Origin: Polyangiaceae bacterium
GTDB taxonomy: Bacteria; Myxococcota_A; Polyangia; Polyangiales; Polyangiaceae
NCBI GenBank assembly: GCA_050287085.1
Contig: JBNKBE010000002.1
Location: 288,001 to 352,000, forward strand
Direction of reading: 5' to 3'
DNA: 64,000 bases
Shown: positions 41,218-52,419 of the stretch, piece after piece
Layout: the number at the start of each line of letters is the position of its first letter
Numbering within the stretch: the first letter of the stretch is position 1
The notes under the pieces: generated by a model
What the model saw: the letters and a program-made list of their open reading frames with translations, nothing else
The model's database searches: none
What the model was told of the DNA's origin: nothing
Made by a program: the position numbers and the translations under genes

Positions 41218-41368
41218 ATTGGGGCTGAAGAGCGTACTTAGCTTTTCGGCGGATAGCGACGAAACCGGCGACCGCATTCTCGGACGCCGGTTCTGGAACC
41301 CCAATGAAGAGGGTGTTGCAGGACAGTCCGAGGGCCAGGTGATCTCCCTACTTGCTCGCAGGACCCTT
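41218..41368 (+). ncRNA. Candidate structured 5' leader RNA (unassigned)
   Basis: Outer stem 41218-24/41299-305 encloses hairpins 41224-50 and 41263-92; a further stem 41309-14/41363-68 abuts the SD. Confidence 0.3.
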
Positions 41369-41387
41369 GGAGGAGCTGAGAGTTACG

Positions 41388-41573
41388 ATGCATAGGTATA
41401 AGAATCTCGAAGACTTTACCCGCGAAAACATTCGTCCCGGGATGCGGGCTGGTTGGAGTTTGGACAACATTTCCGAACCACTGCCCGTCGAGCATGACTT
41501 TGATCTGGATCCCTTCGAGGCGGCGCTCCGCGCCGCCGAATACGAGGAGGACTTCGGCGACGACGAGTATTAG
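41388..41573 (+). CDS. Small acidic hypothetical protein (61 aa)
   Basis: MHRYKNLEDFTRENIRPG...DPFEAALRAAEYEEDFGDDEY. GGAGGAG upstream, GC-rich third positions and an intrinsic terminator directly downstream. Confidence 0.75.
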   Translation: MHRYKNLEDFTRENIRPGMRAGWSLDNISEPLPVEHDFDLDPFEAALRAAEYEEDFGDDEY

Positions 41574-41603
41574 GCCGCTCCACGGGGCCGGCCCGGCAGA
41601 AAG

Positions 41604-41641
41604 TGGGTCTCTCGTTTCCCTGCGGGAGACCCATCTTTTTT
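41604..41641 (+). terminator. Intrinsic terminator
   Basis: 11-bp stem TGGGTCTCTCG/CGGGAGACCCA followed by TCTTTTTT. Confidence 0.85.
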
Positions 41642-41764
41642 GTTGGCGGGCGCGTCGCTCCGGCTGGACCCGAGCCACCCTTGATGCCTGGTCTTTCTGG
41701 TGATTGGGGCCATCCGGGAGGCTTGACCTTCCCTTCAGACCATGGCAGGCAAGCGCCTCCCAAA

Positions 41765-43042
41765 ATGCACGTCGACGTCCAAAAACTAAGCCCCGTTCTC
41801 CTCGAGCTCGCCATCACCGTCGATGCTCAGCGCGTGAGCGACGAACTCGGAAAGGCCTACCAGCGCATCTCCAAGACGGCTCGCGTCAGCGGGTTTCGCA
41901 AGGGAAAAGCGCCGCGCAAGGTACTATCTCACCTGTATGGACCCCGGGTTGCCGCCGACGTGGCGCAGAAGTTGGTAGAGGAAACCTACCAGAAGGCGAT
42001 CGACGAGCAGCAGGTGCAAACGGTTTCGCAACCCGCGATCGAGGCCGCGCCGGTGCCGGAGAAGGGTGATTTCTCCTATAAGGCCCGTGTCGAGATCCTG
42101 CCCCAGATCGAGTCCGTAAGCTACGAGGGGTTCGAGGTGGAGAAGCCTTCGACCGAGGTTAGCGACGAGCGTCTGAGCGAGGAGCTCGAGTCTCTGCGTG
42201 TTGCCAATTCGACGCTCGAGCCGCCCAAGGAGGCGCGCGGCGCACAGAAGGCGGACTTCGTCACGATCGACTTCGAGATCGAGGTGGGCGGCGAGGTGGT
42301 CGAAGGCGCTGGCGCGACTGATTTCGAAGCTGAACTCGGGTCGGGCAACTTGCTTCCCGCCATCGAAGACGCCCTGTTGGGCTTGTCCGTAGGGGGAGAA
42401 GGTCAGGCCGAGGTCGACATGCCCGACGCCCACCCGCACCCCAAGCTCAAAGGTCAGAAGGCCGTCTTCAAGTTGAAGATCAAGGAGCTCAAGGAGCGCA
42501 TCCTGCCCGCTTTGGACGACGAGTTTGCCAAAGATCTTGGGGACTACGAGACCCTCGATGCCCTCAAGGAGGAAGTGCGCAAAGACCTGGCGAAACGCTT
42601 GGAGGAAAGCGCTGACAACGTGTTGGCTGAACGTCTGGTCGCCAAGCTTGTCGAGGCCAATCCAATCGACGTACCCCCTGCTCTTGTGCAGCAGCAGAAT
42701 CAGGTTACCGAGCGAGACACCCTCGCCCAGGCGAGGGCGCGGGGCCAGCAGGTCAACCGGCTGCCGGACGAGCTGCGCGCGCGCATTCACGCCGACAGTG
42801 AGCTGAAGGTGCGCGCGGGGCTGTTGATGGCTGAGATCGCAAAGAAAGAGGCGATCAAGATTGGCGATCCGGAACTTGAGGAAGGACTTCAGGAGCTGGC
42901 CGAGCAGACGGGTAAGAATGTCGCCAAGGTCAGAGCCGAATATCGGGATCCGAAGAAGCGAGAGATGCTCGTCGGTATGATCCTGGAGAACAAGGTACTG
43001 GACATTATCCAGTCGAAGTCCAAGATCACGACCGCGTCTTAA
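41765..43042 (+). CDS. tig: Trigger factor
   Basis: GFRKGKAP ribosome-binding motif, FKBP domain and LDDEFAK; upstream of clpP. Confidence 0.97.
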   Translation: MHVDVQKLSPVLLELAITVDAQRVSDELGKAYQRISKTARVSGFRKGKAPRKVLSHLYGPRVAADVAQKLVEETYQKAIDEQQVQTVSQPAIEAAPVPEKGDFSYKARVEILPQIESVSYEGFEVEKPSTEVSDERLSEELESLRVANSTLEPPKEARGAQKADFVTIDFEIEVGGEVVEGAGATDFEAELGSGNLLPAIEDALLGLSVGGEGQAEVDMPDAHPHPKLKGQKAVFKLKIKELKERILPALDDEFAKDLGDYETLDALKEEVRKDLAKRLEESADNVLAERLVAKLVEANPIDVPPALVQQQNQVTERDTLAQARARGQQVNRLPDELRARIHADSELKVRAGLLMAEIAKKEAIKIGDPELEEGLQELAEQTGKNVAKVRAEYRDPKKREMLVGMILENKVLDIIQSKSKITTAS

Positions 43043-43094
43043 TCGGCGCACCCCCAACGACTTCACTCGCACTCCCCAGGAGGGAATCAGCTTC

Positions 43095-43760
43095 ATGTTC
43101 AAGAGACCCGAAACCCGCGCTCAAGCGCTCAGCGTGCTCGAGCACCCGGCCTCGGCAGCGGTCATTTACCCGCACGTCGTCGAGACGACCCACCGCGGCG
43201 AACGCACGTGGGACATCTTCAGTCGACTGCTGAAGGATCGCATCGTCTTCCTCGGGAGCGGCGTGGACGACGATGTCGCCAACATCATCGTGGCCCAGTT
43301 TCTGTTCTTGGAGAGCGAAGATCCCGACAAGGACATCCAGCTCTACATCAATTCGCCTGGTGGCGTGGTGACGGCGGGTCTGGCCATTTACGACACGATG
43401 CAGCACGTCCGCTGCAAGGTCAGCACGATCTGCATTGGTCAGGCGGCCAGTATGGGCGCGGTCCTACTGGGGGCGGGGGCAAAGGGCAGCCGCTTTGCGC
43501 TGCCCCACTCGCGGATCATGATCCATCAACCGCTGGGGGGCGCGCGTGGTCAGGCAACGGACATCGAGATTCAGGCTCGGGAGATCCGTCACGCAAAAGA
43601 CGTGATCACCCAGATATTTGTGCAGGCCACCGGCAAGTCCGCTGATGAGGTCGTCAAGGACATTGATCGCGACTTCTACATGAGCGCTGAGCAGGCCTGT
43701 AAGTACGGCTTGATCGACCAGGTCTTCAATCCGAAGGCGGCGGACAAGTCCGAGGTGTAG
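43095..43760 (+). CDS. clpP: ATP-dependent Clp protease proteolytic subunit
   Basis: [24 protein letters not shown] and MIHQP motifs. Confidence 0.98.
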   Translation: MFKRPETRAQALSVLEHPASAAVIYPHVVETTHRGERTWDIFSRLLKDRIVFLGSGVDDDVANIIVAQFLFLESEDPDKDIQLYINSPGGVVTAGLAIYDTMQHVRCKVSTICIGQAASMGAVLLGAGAKGSRFALPHSRIMIHQPLGGARGQATDIEIQAREIRHAKDVITQIFVQATGKSADEVVKDIDRDFYMSAEQACKYGLIDQVFNPKAADKSEV

Positions 43761-44012
43761 AGGGGGCGTCGAAGCGTCCCATCGCTGAACACTTTTGCTC
43801 CGTGTCGCTCAGCTTGCTCCACAATGCGGGAGCGCTTGGGGGCCTGCCCGGCGGCGGGCCTATTGCGACGCGGCAGCTGGCCGTTTGCTTGCGACAAGGC
43901 CCCCTCGAGCCTAAACTCACTGGGATGTATGGCACCCGGCGAGGTGTGTTCCACACACCGCGGCGGGTTGTGCCGTCATGGCGTTTCGCGCGGCGAAGTC
44001 CGCTATCTGGAA

Positions 44013-44055
44013 CGCACGAGATTTCCGAAGCGCACGAGATTTCCGAAACGCACGA
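44013..44055. repeat. 18-bp tandem repeat x2.4 upstream of clpX
   Basis: CGCACGAGATTTCCGAAG / CGCACGAGATTTCCGAAA / CGCACGA. Confidence 0.88.
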
Positions 44056-44178
44056 AGTCCAGAATCAATGAAGAACAAGAGGCTCAGCCCGGCATAGCTC
44101 AAGCACTCTCGCGATACGCTGCCAAGGCAGCGCGAGAGACGACCTGCATCATGGAAGACCCTGACCGAAGGACGAACG

Positions 44179-45438
44179 GTGGAGCGACGACGCGACGATT
44201 CTAATGGTAACCTGTGCTGCTCCTTCTGCGGCAAGTCGCAGAAGGAGGTCAAGAAGCTGATCGCAGGTCCCACCGTCTACATTTGTGACGAGTGCATCGC
44301 GCTCTGCAACGACATCATCGCTGAGGAGGTCGAGAAGGACGAGCCCAACGGTGAGTCTGAGCCGATCCCGCGTCCTCAGGAGATCAAGCGTATTCTGGAC
44401 GACTACGTAGTCGGTCAGGAGCGCGCCAAGAAGATCCTCAGCGTTGCGGTCTACAATCACTACAAGCGCATCGACAGCAGCGTCCAGACCGACGATGTGG
44501 AGCTCGCCAAGAGCAATATCCTGCTCCTGGGTCCTACCGGTAGCGGCAAAACGCTGCTCGCCCAGACGCTGGCGAAGATTCTGAAAGTACCGTTTGCGAT
44601 TGCGGATGCGACGACGCTGACGGAAGCGGGCTATGTGGGCGAGGATGTTGAGAACATCATCGTGCAGCTGCTACAGAATGCCGACCACGACGTGGAACGT
44701 GCACAGCGCGGAATCGTTTACATCGACGAAATCGACAAGATCAGTCGCAAGAGCGACAATCCATCGATCACGCGCGACGTGTCGGGTGAAGGCGTTCAGC
44801 AGGCCCTGTTGAAGATCATCGAAGGCACCGTTGCGAATGTTCCGCCCAAAGGGGGGCGCAAGCACCCGCAGCAGGACTTTCTGCAGATCGATACCTCGAA
44901 TATCCTCTTCATCTGCGGTGGCGCCTTTGTTGGCCTGGGAGAGATCATTCAGCGTCGCATCGGCGAGAGTCGGTTGGGCTTCGGCGCGGAAATCAAGAGC
45001 AAGAGCGAGATGAAGCTCGGGGAGCTATTTGCCCAAATCCAGCCCGAGGACTTGCTCAAGTTCGGTTTGATTCCTGAGTTCATCGGACGCCTGCCCATTC
45101 TCGCGACGCTCAACGAGTTGAGCGAAAGCGCGCTCGTCGACATCTTGACGACGCCGAAGAACAGCCTGGTAAAGCAGTTTCAGAAGCTCTTCGAGATGGA
45201 CGGTATCAAGGCCACGTTCACTCCGTCCGCATTGGTCGCCGTTGCACGCAAGGCGCTCGCACGCGAAAGTGGCGCTCGTGGCCTGCGAGCGATCATCGAG
45301 GAGTCAATGCTCGACGTGATGTATGAATTGCCGTCGAGGCCCGGGGTCAAAGAGATCGTCGTGAGCGACGACACCATTGACCGCAAAGAGCAACCGCTCA
45401 TCGTCTACGAGAAAGAGGCCGAGGTCGCCGGGGCATGA
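44179..45438 (+). CDS. clpX: ATP-dependent Clp protease ATP-binding subunit
   Basis: CSFCGK zinc finger, [19 protein letters not shown] loop and GARGLR. Confidence 0.98.
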   Translation: MERRRDDSNGNLCCSFCGKSQKEVKKLIAGPTVYICDECIALCNDIIAEEVEKDEPNGESEPIPRPQEIKRILDDYVVGQERAKKILSVAVYNHYKRIDSSVQTDDVELAKSNILLLGPTGSGKTLLAQTLAKILKVPFAIADATTLTEAGYVGEDVENIIVQLLQNADHDVERAQRGIVYIDEIDKISRKSDNPSITRDVSGEGVQQALLKIIEGTVANVPPKGGRKHPQQDFLQIDTSNILFICGGAFVGLGEIIQRRIGESRLGFGAEIKSKSEMKLGELFAQIQPEDLLKFGLIPEFIGRLPILATLNELSESALVDILTTPKNSLVKQFQKLFEMDGIKATFTPSALVAVARKALARESGARGLRAIIEESMLDVMYELPSRPGVKEIVVSDDTIDRKEQPLIVYEKEAEVAGA

Positions 45439-45750
45439 GCGCCCCACCAGGGACGCTGCGCTGGGCGGGGTTCCGAGCTGGGGCGTCGACTTCAACGGCC
45501 GGATGGCGCTGCGGGCTGCGGCGCCAAACCCCAGCGCCGCGGTTGCGAGCGGCCCCCCGGGAGGGCTGGGGGCCTTGGGGCGCTGCCGCAACGGTACTGG
45601 CCGCCCAGCGGGTTTCTGCGCCAGACGCGCCAGATGTACCCGTCTCTGGCGGTGTGATGCTTTTTATGGACCTCGCCGCCGGGCGCCTTCGCTAAGCCTA
45701 GGTCTCGCGGGGCATCGTTTCGCGTTCGTAGTTCAAGTCATCGAGGTTTG

Positions 45751-48243
45751 ATGTTTTTTAAGGGTGAGTCAGACAAGTCGACGGGGGCCGGTCGGCGGTC
45801 GCTTCCAGCACTTCCTTTGCGCGACATTATCGTGTTCCCGCACATGGTGTCCCAACTCTTTGTCGGTCGAGAGAAGAGCATCGCTGCGCTCGACGAAGCG
45901 ATGACGCGAGACAAGGAGATATTTCTGGCAGCCCAGAAGAACGCGAAGACTAACGATCCGAGCGCCGAGGATATCTACCAATCGGGGACGATCGGCACGA
46001 TTGTGCAGCTACTTCGTCTCGCAGACGGAACCGTGAAGGTGCTCGTGGAAGGCAAGCGTAGGGCTCGCGTCAGACGCTTCGTGGAAACGCGCGAGTACTT
46101 TGTTGTCGAGGTGGAAGACGTCCAGGAGGAAGGAGCCAGCGACCTTGAGGTTGAAGCGCTACTCCGCAGTGTGCAGAGCACCTTCGAGGTGTACGTCAAG
46201 CTGAACAAGAAGGTGCAGCCAGAAGTTCTGATGAGTGTTCAGAGCATCGGCGAAGCCAGTCGCTTGAGCGATACCGTCGCTGCCAATCTCCCGACCATCA
46301 AGCTGGTCGATCGTCAGTCGTTGCTTGAAACGGGCAACGTAAAGCTTCGCCTGAGCAAGTTGTACGAGCTCATGCAAGCGGAGATCGAAATCCTTCAAGT
46401 TGAGAAGAAGATTCGCTCTCGCGTCAAGAAGCAGATGGAGAAGACGCAGAAGGAGTACTACCTCAACGAGCAGATGCAGGCCATTCAGAAGGAACTTGGC
46501 GGTAGCGACCGCGATGAGTTCAAGAATGAGTTGCAGGAGTTGGAGGATCAGGTCGCGGTCAAAGCGCTGAGCGACGAAGCCCGGACCAAAGTCACCAAAG
46601 AGCTCAAGAAACTCAAGATGATGCATCCTACCAGCGCCGAGGCGACGGTAGTGCGCAACTACATCGACTGGGTCGTCTCTCTTCCGTGGGATGAACGCAC
46701 AGAGGAGCGCTATGACATCGAGGAGGCGCAAGCTGTCCTCGATCGCGATCATTATGGGCTCAAGAAGTGCAAAGAGCGAATCATCGAGTATCTTGCGGTA
46801 CAAGCGCTTACTCGCAAGCTCAAGGGCCCGATACTGTGCTTTGTGGGTCCACCGGGCGTCGGCAAGACGAGCCTGGCACGCGGCATCGCAGAAGCGACCG
46901 CGCGGAAGTTCGTGCGGATCTCTCTCGGAGGGGTTCGCGACGAGGCGGAGATCCGCGGGCATCGACGGACCTATATCGGTGCCATGCCGGGCAAGATTGT
47001 TCAGAACATCAAGAAGGCAGGCAAGGTTAACCCGCTGGTCTTGCTCGACGAAGTTGACAAGATGAGCCAGGATTTTCGAGGAGATCCGGCGTCGGCGTTG
47101 CTTGAGGTTCTTGATCCAGAGCAAAATCACACGTTCAACGATCACTATCTCGATCTGGACTACGACCTAAGCGAGGTCTTGTTCATCACGACGGCGAACT
47201 CGCTGTCGGGGATCCCCATGCCGCTCCGCGACCGCATGGAGGTGATCGAGGTCAGCGGCTATACGGAGTTTGACAAGCTGCAGATCGCCGAGCGCTACCT
47301 GCTACCCAAGAGCAAGGAAGACTGCGGTCTGAAGGACGTTGATTTCACGGTCGAAGAGGATGCGATGAGAAGTATCATCCATCACTACACCAAGGAGTCA
47401 GGCGTGCGTGGCTTGGGGCGAGAGCTCCAAAGCTTGTGTCGTAAGGTTGCACTGCGCGTCGTCAAGGAGGGCAGGGACATCCACGTCGAAGTGGATACTG
47501 CTAGCGTCGCGCACTTCCTGGGAACTCCCAAGTATAGGCTCGGCAAGAAGGAAGAACGAGACGAGATAGGTCTTACCCATGGTCTCAGCGTGTCGGACTA
47601 TGGCGGTGACATTCTCGATTGTGAGGTCACCATCGTTCCGGGCAAGGGCAAGCTGGTGATCACCGGTTTGCTCGAGAAGGGCATGGAAGAAAGCGGCCAG
47701 GCAGCGATGAGCTATGTGCGCTCGCGCGGTGCGACGCTCGGGTTGGAAACCGAATTCTACCAGAAGGTGGACGCGCACGTTCACTTTCCAGACTTTGTCC
47801 GCAAAGACGGACCGAGTGCCGGGGTCACTATGGCCACCAGCATTGCCAGCGCTCTAACTCGCATTCCCGTTCGTCACAACGTGGCCATGACTGGCGAAAT
47901 TACGCTGCGCGGTCGTGTCATGCCCATTGGCGGGCTCAAGGAAAAGCTACTGGCTGCCCAGCGAGGTGGGATCACCACCGTATTGATTCCCAAGGACAAC
48001 GAGAAGGACCTGAGTGAGGTACCGAAGCGCGTTCTAAAGGAGCTGCGCGTGGTCCTGGTCGATCATATGGACGACGTGTTGCGAGAAGCCTTGGTGCTTG
48101 ATGAGCCGTCTGCCATGTTTGGCCCACGTCGGCTGCATATGGAGTATCGCCGCGCAGAGCTGATCGTCGACGAGGCGGAGCTGTCCACCGTTGCTAGCAT
48201 CGGGGTGGGGCCGGGGCCTTTTCCGGAACGTCCGGGCGTCTGA
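45751..48243 (+). CDS. lon: Endopeptidase La
   Basis: LPLRD N-domain, [24 protein letters not shown] and GGLKEK. Confidence 0.98.
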   Translation: MFFKGESDKSTGAGRRSLPALPLRDIIVFPHMVSQLFVGREKSIAALDEAMTRDKEIFLAAQKNAKTNDPSAEDIYQSGTIGTIVQLLRLADGTVKVLVEGKRRARVRRFVETREYFVVEVEDVQEEGASDLEVEALLRSVQSTFEVYVKLNKKVQPEVLMSVQSIGEASRLSDTVAANLPTIKLVDRQSLLETGNVKLRLSKLYELMQAEIEILQVEKKIRSRVKKQMEKTQKEYYLNEQMQAIQKELGGSDRDEFKNELQELEDQVAVKALSDEARTKVTKELKKLKMMHPTSAEATVVRNYIDWVVSLPWDERTEERYDIEEAQAVLDRDHYGLKKCKERIIEYLAVQALTRKLKGPILCFVGPPGVGKTSLARGIAEATARKFVRISLGGVRDEAEIRGHRRTYIGAMPGKIVQNIKKAGKVNPLVLLDEVDKMSQDFRGDPASALLEVLDPEQNHTFNDHYLDLDYDLSEVLFITTANSLSGIPMPLRDRMEVIEVSGYTEFDKLQIAERYLLPKSKEDCGLKDVDFTVEEDAMRSIIHHYTKESGVRGLGRELQSLCRKVALRVVKEGRDIHVEVDTASVAHFLGTPKYRLGKKEERDEIGLTHGLSVSDYGGDILDCEVTIVPGKGKLVITGLLEKGMEESGQAAMSYVRSRGATLGLETEFYQKVDAHVHFPDFVRKDGPSAGVTMATSIASALTRIPVRHNVAMTGEITLRGRVMPIGGLKEKLLAAQRGGITTVLIPKDNEKDLSEVPKRVLKELRVVLVDHMDDVLREALVLDEPSAMFGPRRLHMEYRRAELIVDEAELSTVASIGVGPGPFPERPGV

Positions 48244-48470
48244 GCTCGGCCTTGGACGCGGGCCTGAGCGGCGATATGCCGCTGAGCACCGCGCGGAGGC
48301 GGCTGGCTCCTGGCAAGCCGGCTCTTGGCGAGCGAGGGCGGCAGAGAGCGAACCCGGGGTGAAAGGTGGGTTCACGGTGGTTTCAATCCGCTGTGCCCAG
48401 AAACCTGACTTTGCCCATCGAGGTGCCGGTGGGCGTATCCTCCGAGCTCGTTTGAGGCTAGCGTCTCGCC

Positions 48471-49697
48471 ATGAAGCAGATTCGAATGGGGTTTGACTGG
48501 GCGCTTCTGGTTGGAGCTACATTGGCTATGTCCGTGGGCTGCAAACGTGAGCCGATGCCCAGCGCAACGGAAACAAGCGCGGGCAACGCGGCAACTGCTA
48601 GTGCTAAGCCAGCGGCGTCTAGCGTCGTCTCGGGGTCTGAGCGGTCGGAGCTCACGCCGCCCCCCAAGGCGCTGGGCCCCATCCAGGTACCCAAGGACAA
48701 CGAGCTCACGGCAGCGAAGATTGCGTTGGGGCAGAAGCTATTCTTCGACCCCCGGTTGAGCGTTGATGGCACTCGCTCCTGCTATAGCTGTCATCTCAAC
48801 GAAAACGGAACCAGCGGGGCTTTGCCCAAAGCGATTGGGGCCAAGGAACTGCCGCTCACCCGCAATGCTCCCATGCTCTGGAACGTCGCGTATCTGGGCG
48901 CGCTCTACTGGGACGGTCGTGCCGCTAGCTTGGAGGCTCAAGCTCTCGGCGCTTGGAAGGGGGGCAATATGGGCGTCGGAGAAGACGGCCTGAGCGCGAA
49001 AGCCGACGAGATCGGTGCTCTGCCCGAGTACAGGAAGGCGTTTCTGGACGTGTTTCCGACCCAGGGGGCAACGCCCAAGACAATTGCCCAAGCGCTTGCG
49101 AGCTACGAGCGTACGCTCTTCTGCGGCAATACTCGCTACGATCGCTTTGCCGCTGGTGACAAGTCCGCACTGAACGCCGAGGAGCAACAAGGCTGGGAGC
49201 TGTTCACAACCAAGGCCAACTGTCATAGTTGTCATACGCCGCCGTTCTTTACCGACACGGTCATGGCGTCGGGCGGAGCTTTTCACAATGCGGGCCTTGG
49301 TTACGACGCCAAGGGCGAAACGGGAGACGTGGGGCGCTTTGCGGTGACCCAGTCTCCGAGTGACCGCGGTGCGTTCAAGACACCCTCGCTGCGTAACGTT
49401 TCCAAAACTGCGCCTTACTTTCACGACGGCTCTGCGACCACGCTGGAGCAGGCGGTTCGGACGATGGCGGGTGGGGGCATCAAGAACGCAAACCTGGACA
49501 TGAAGTTCCAGGACCGAAAGCTGAGCGACACCGAGATCAAGGCTGTGCTTGCCTTCCTGGGGACGCTTGATTGCGAGGGCCAGCTTGAGGTCCCAGAAGG
49601 GGCCCCTTCGGCGTCGCCACCGAAAGCAGCGGCGACGACCACGGGTTCGGGTTCCAGCGCGCCCGCGGTAGCGCCCGGTGGCGCACCCACGCCGTAG
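48471..49697 (+). CDS. Di-heme cytochrome c peroxidase/MauG family lipoprotein
   Basis: Two CxxCH motifs (CYSCH, CHSCH), LFFDPRLS, WDGRA and FKTPSLRNV..TAPYFHDG; lipobox SVGC. Confidence 0.94.
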   Translation: MKQIRMGFDWALLVGATLAMSVGCKREPMPSATETSAGNAATASAKPAASSVVSGSERSELTPPPKALGPIQVPKDNELTAAKIALGQKLFFDPRLSVDGTRSCYSCHLNENGTSGALPKAIGAKELPLTRNAPMLWNVAYLGALYWDGRAASLEAQALGAWKGGNMGVGEDGLSAKADEIGALPEYRKAFLDVFPTQGATPKTIAQALASYERTLFCGNTRYDRFAAGDKSALNAEEQQGWELFTTKANCHSCHTPPFFTDTVMASGGAFHNAGLGYDAKGETGDVGRFAVTQSPSDRGAFKTPSLRNVSKTAPYFHDGSATTLEQAVRTMAGGGIKNANLDMKFQDRKLSDTEIKAVLAFLGTLDCEGQLEVPEGAPSASPPKAAATTTGSGSSAPAVAPGGAPTP

Positions 49698-49818
49698 GGG
49701 AGGTCTCTCGAAGGCCGGGGGCTAGGCCAGGGACTCTTGCCCCGCCGGCCGGCGAGTGTTTCAGGTGACGATCGGGTCTTCCAATTGCTTGGGGAGCAGC
49801 GTAGAAGATCGCTCCCTC

Positions 49819-49894
49819 GGGCGGATAGCTCAGTTGGTAGAGCGCCGGCCTTACAAGCCGGATGTCGTCGGTTCAACCCCGGCTCCGCCCACCA
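49819..49894 (+). tRNA. tRNA-Val(TAC)
   Basis: Cloverleaf with acceptor GGGCGGA/TCCGCCC, anticodon arm CCGGC-CTTACAA-GCCGG, T-loop GTTCAAC and encoded CCA. Confidence 0.97.
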
Positions 49895-49897
49895 CCG

Positions 49898-49928
49898 AAC
49901 CCGCAGCTCCAAAGCTGCGGGTTTTTTT
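49898..49928 (+). terminator. Intrinsic terminator after tRNA-Val
   Basis: AACCCGCAGCT-CCAA-AGCTGCGGGTT followed by a T run. Confidence 0.9.
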
Positions 49929-50193
49929 GCATGAGGGCTCGGGGCTGACGTCAAGACCTTGGTGCGCTGCGGCCGACAGCGGCTCTTTGCGGGGCTCCGA
50001 GGGTCGCCGGATAGGCGTGGCCTCGGGGAAGCCCGGGGAGCTTCCTCCGGCCCAGGGCGTGCGAGGTGGCGAGCTTCTGGCGCTGCGAGGCGCCGTTCTG
50101 TCGCCATGCGAGGATTCCACGCCGCGCTGATGAACACCCAGCCGCCCATGGCGCGTGCTGTATCCGGGGAGCGAGCGCGTGTAGACTGACGCC

Positions 50194-51027
50194 ATGGCTC
50201 AGAGCTCTGCGGTCCGGCTTGGTTGGCATCTGGTTGTGTTGTGTGGAGCCTTGTCTTGGGCATTAGGCTGCGACAAGCCGGGCGCCGCCGAGAAAGTCGA
50301 AGCCGAGAATGCCGCGAAGTCGGCCGCCGCTGCACGTACCGCAGAAGTGCTGCAGCAGCTTATCGCGAAGCAGGCGGCAGAGCGCGAGCAGAAGCAACCC
50401 GAACGTGCGGGCGCCGCGAGTGATGTGCAGTGCAAAGAAGGCCGGGAGGTGGACTTTCACGAGCCTCAGTTGGAGGCGGAGGTCCGTCGCAAACTCGGCA
50501 AGCCCACAGGGGCCATCTCGCAGAGCGAACTCGCAACTATCCGTTCGGTCAATCTCGCTCGCGGCGGCAGCGTTGACTATCTTGATCCGTGTGTCTTTCC
50601 CCACCTGACGGGGGTGAAGGATTTGTACTTGGGGCCAGGCAAGCTGAGCGACCTTTCCGTGCTGAGGCACCTTCGCCGCTTGACCACGTTGCGCGCGTCG
50701 ATGAACGCGGTGAGCGACATATCGGTGCTATCGGGTCATGCTGCGCTGGAGCGCGTGGACCTGGGCCACACTCGCGTGTCGGACTTGCGGCCACTTGAGA
50801 ACGCAAAGAACCTCACCGAGCTCATGTTAGACGACACACTGGTGGAAGACATTTCTCCGCTCGCCGGCCTAGACAAGTTGCAAGTGTTGGCGTTGTCTCG
50901 AACTCAGGTGAACACCTTGAAGCCGTTGGCCGGTTTGAAGAAGTTGAAGAGTGTAAGCGTCGTGGGCGCGCCCGTCGCAAGACCTTATGGATTGCCTCAA
51001 TCCGGGCTCCGCATCGTGGACCGCTGA
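50194..51027 (+). CDS. Leucine-rich repeat (internalin-like) lipoprotein
   Basis: Lipobox ALGC and 22-aa LxxLxLxx repeats with SDLSVL / EDISPL. Confidence 0.88.
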   Translation: MAQSSAVRLGWHLVVLCGALSWALGCDKPGAAEKVEAENAAKSAAAARTAEVLQQLIAKQAAEREQKQPERAGAASDVQCKEGREVDFHEPQLEAEVRRKLGKPTGAISQSELATIRSVNLARGGSVDYLDPCVFPHLTGVKDLYLGPGKLSDLSVLRHLRRLTTLRASMNAVSDISVLSGHAALERVDLGHTRVSDLRPLENAKNLTELMLDDTLVEDISPLAGLDKLQVLALSRTQVNTLKPLAGLKKLKSVSVVGAPVARPYGLPQSGLRIVDR

Positions 51028-51078
51028 CGCTTGGTGCAGTCCGCGACCAACACCAGCCACCCGCTGCGGACGGGGCCG

Positions 51079-51795
51079 CTAGGACTGATCGAGGGGTACG
51101 CCCGGCGCGTCTTTGGGTTTCAGGCGGGCCAGGGTTCGTTTCGCGCCGTTGGCCATGGACCAAGTGGCCACCACGGTTGCTCCCAGCCCTAGCCAATACA
51201 GCGAGCGCTGCAGCGGATCGTCACTGGCTTCTGGCTCAAGGGCCCGTCGCGCAGCGGCCGCCGCGTAGGTATAGACAAAGACGCTGGGCGCCTTACCCAG
51301 GGTACTGGCCAGCATGAAGCTGCGAAAGCCTACTCGCGACAGACTGGCCGCGTAGGTCAACGCCGCGAAGGGCATGATCGGTGATAGCCGTAGCAGAAAT
51401 ACCAGGCGCGCGACGTCGCGCGGCTCGAGGCCATGGAGAACGACGAGGGCCGACGACGATTGGAAGCGGCGTCGAACGTAGCCCCGCAGGCCGTAGCGCC
51501 CGACCCCAAAGGTGAGCGCGGCGGCAAGGGTGGCCGCCGCGAAGGCGATCATGAAGCCCCGCGCAACGCCGTAGCTGGCTCCAACCAACAGGACTGCTGG
51601 ACCCGCCGGGAGCCCTAGGAGTGAGGCCAAGACGAAGCCGATGACAAACGCAATCACACCCGCCGAGCCTCCTGCTTCGACCTCCGCGCATACTGTTCGC
51701 AGGGCGCCGCCGGCTGTAGGGATCAGGATCAGAATGACTGCTAGCAATAGCGCGAGGGCGAGGCCACGGCGAGCCGCCGGCAGAAAACGGACCAT
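51079..51795 (-). CDS. TVP38/TMEM64 (VTT/DedA-like) membrane protein
   Basis: Hydrophobic protein with LLRLSPIMPF and FGVGRY motifs. Confidence 0.88.
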   Translation of the reverse strand: MVRFLPAARRGLALALLLAVILILIPTAGGALRTVCAEVEAGGSAGVIAFVIGFVLASLLGLPAGPAVLLVGASYGVARGFMIAFAAATLAAALTFGVGRYGLRGYVRRRFQSSSALVVLHGLEPRDVARLVFLLRLSPIMPFAALTYAASLSRVGFRSFMLASTLGKAPSVFVYTYAAAAARRALEPEASDDPLQRSLYWLGLGATVVATWSMANGAKRTLARLKPKDAPGVPLDQS

Positions 51796-52000
51796 TGTCG
51801 GCGGTTATACCCTCAACCACAGGGACGTGTGCGCCTCGCGCGGCCTTTGACAAGGGGGCGCGGAGGGCGCGCACGCCGTCGGTCGCAAAGCCCTGCTATC
51901 CGGCTTCAGCAGTCGTTGAGCGGGCGGCCTGAACAGGTGAGTCGATTGTGATTTCTCTTGTTGCCAAGTCGGACGGGTATGATAGACATGCCTCCCCGTT

Positions 52001-52074
<74 letters not shown>

Positions 52075-52091
52075 CAACGTAGTGTCGATTA

Positions 52092-52135
52092 GACGGGAGC
52101 TGCGGGTCTAGAATTCTAGACGCGCAGCTCGTGTC
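52092..52135. repeat. Long imperfect palindrome downstream of tRNA-Asp
   Basis: Perfect core GTCTAGAATTCTAGAC (52106-21) flanked by GAGCTGCG/CGCAGCTC; no T tract. Confidence 0.8.
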
Positions 52136-52383
52136 CAAGGGTGGCTTGTGTTGGCGCAGCCTGTGTTCAGGCGTGGCGCGCATCAAAGCCACGATGATAT
52201 TAGACTACAGCTGGTGTCTACAAGGGCAGCGGGTGTGGGATTCAATGGGCTCTCTGGGCTAGTCCCAGATGAGTTTTCGTTGTTTTGTGATTCGTCTATC
52301 GCCCTTGCAGGGCGGCCTGGTCGCCATCATCCGGCGTGCAGGGTTGTGTAGCGCCCCTTATCGCAGGAGGCCGCGGGTGGGCT

Positions 52384-52412
52384 TTGCCAAGGCCCGTTGC
52401 TGTCGCTATGTC
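52384..52412 (+). promoter_or_regulatory. sigma70-like promoter (probably leaderless)
   Basis: TTGCCA, 17 nt, TATGTC, 7 nt, GTG start at 52420. Confidence 0.5.
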
Positions 52413-52419
52413 CTGCCAG

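Noticed and set aside
41180..41395. 71-aa ORF overlapping the small acidic gene
   Set aside because: No recognisable motif, and the region is better explained as a structured leader. Not fully excluded.
41924..43102. Long antisense ORFs (also 1953-2930, 10852-11952, 31201-32049, 46159-47145, 49421-50335)
   Set aside because: Shadow frames overlapping confident genes or a tRNA, expected from high-GC codon bias, with no protein motifs.
43943..43959. parS-like TGTTCCAC
   Set aside because: Half-site only; it is part of a GGTGTG/CACACC hairpin.
45439..45750. GC-rich hairpins between clpX and lon as an ncRNA or REP element
   Set aside because: Hairpins are expected at this GC content, and I found no repeat copy elsewhere in the window.
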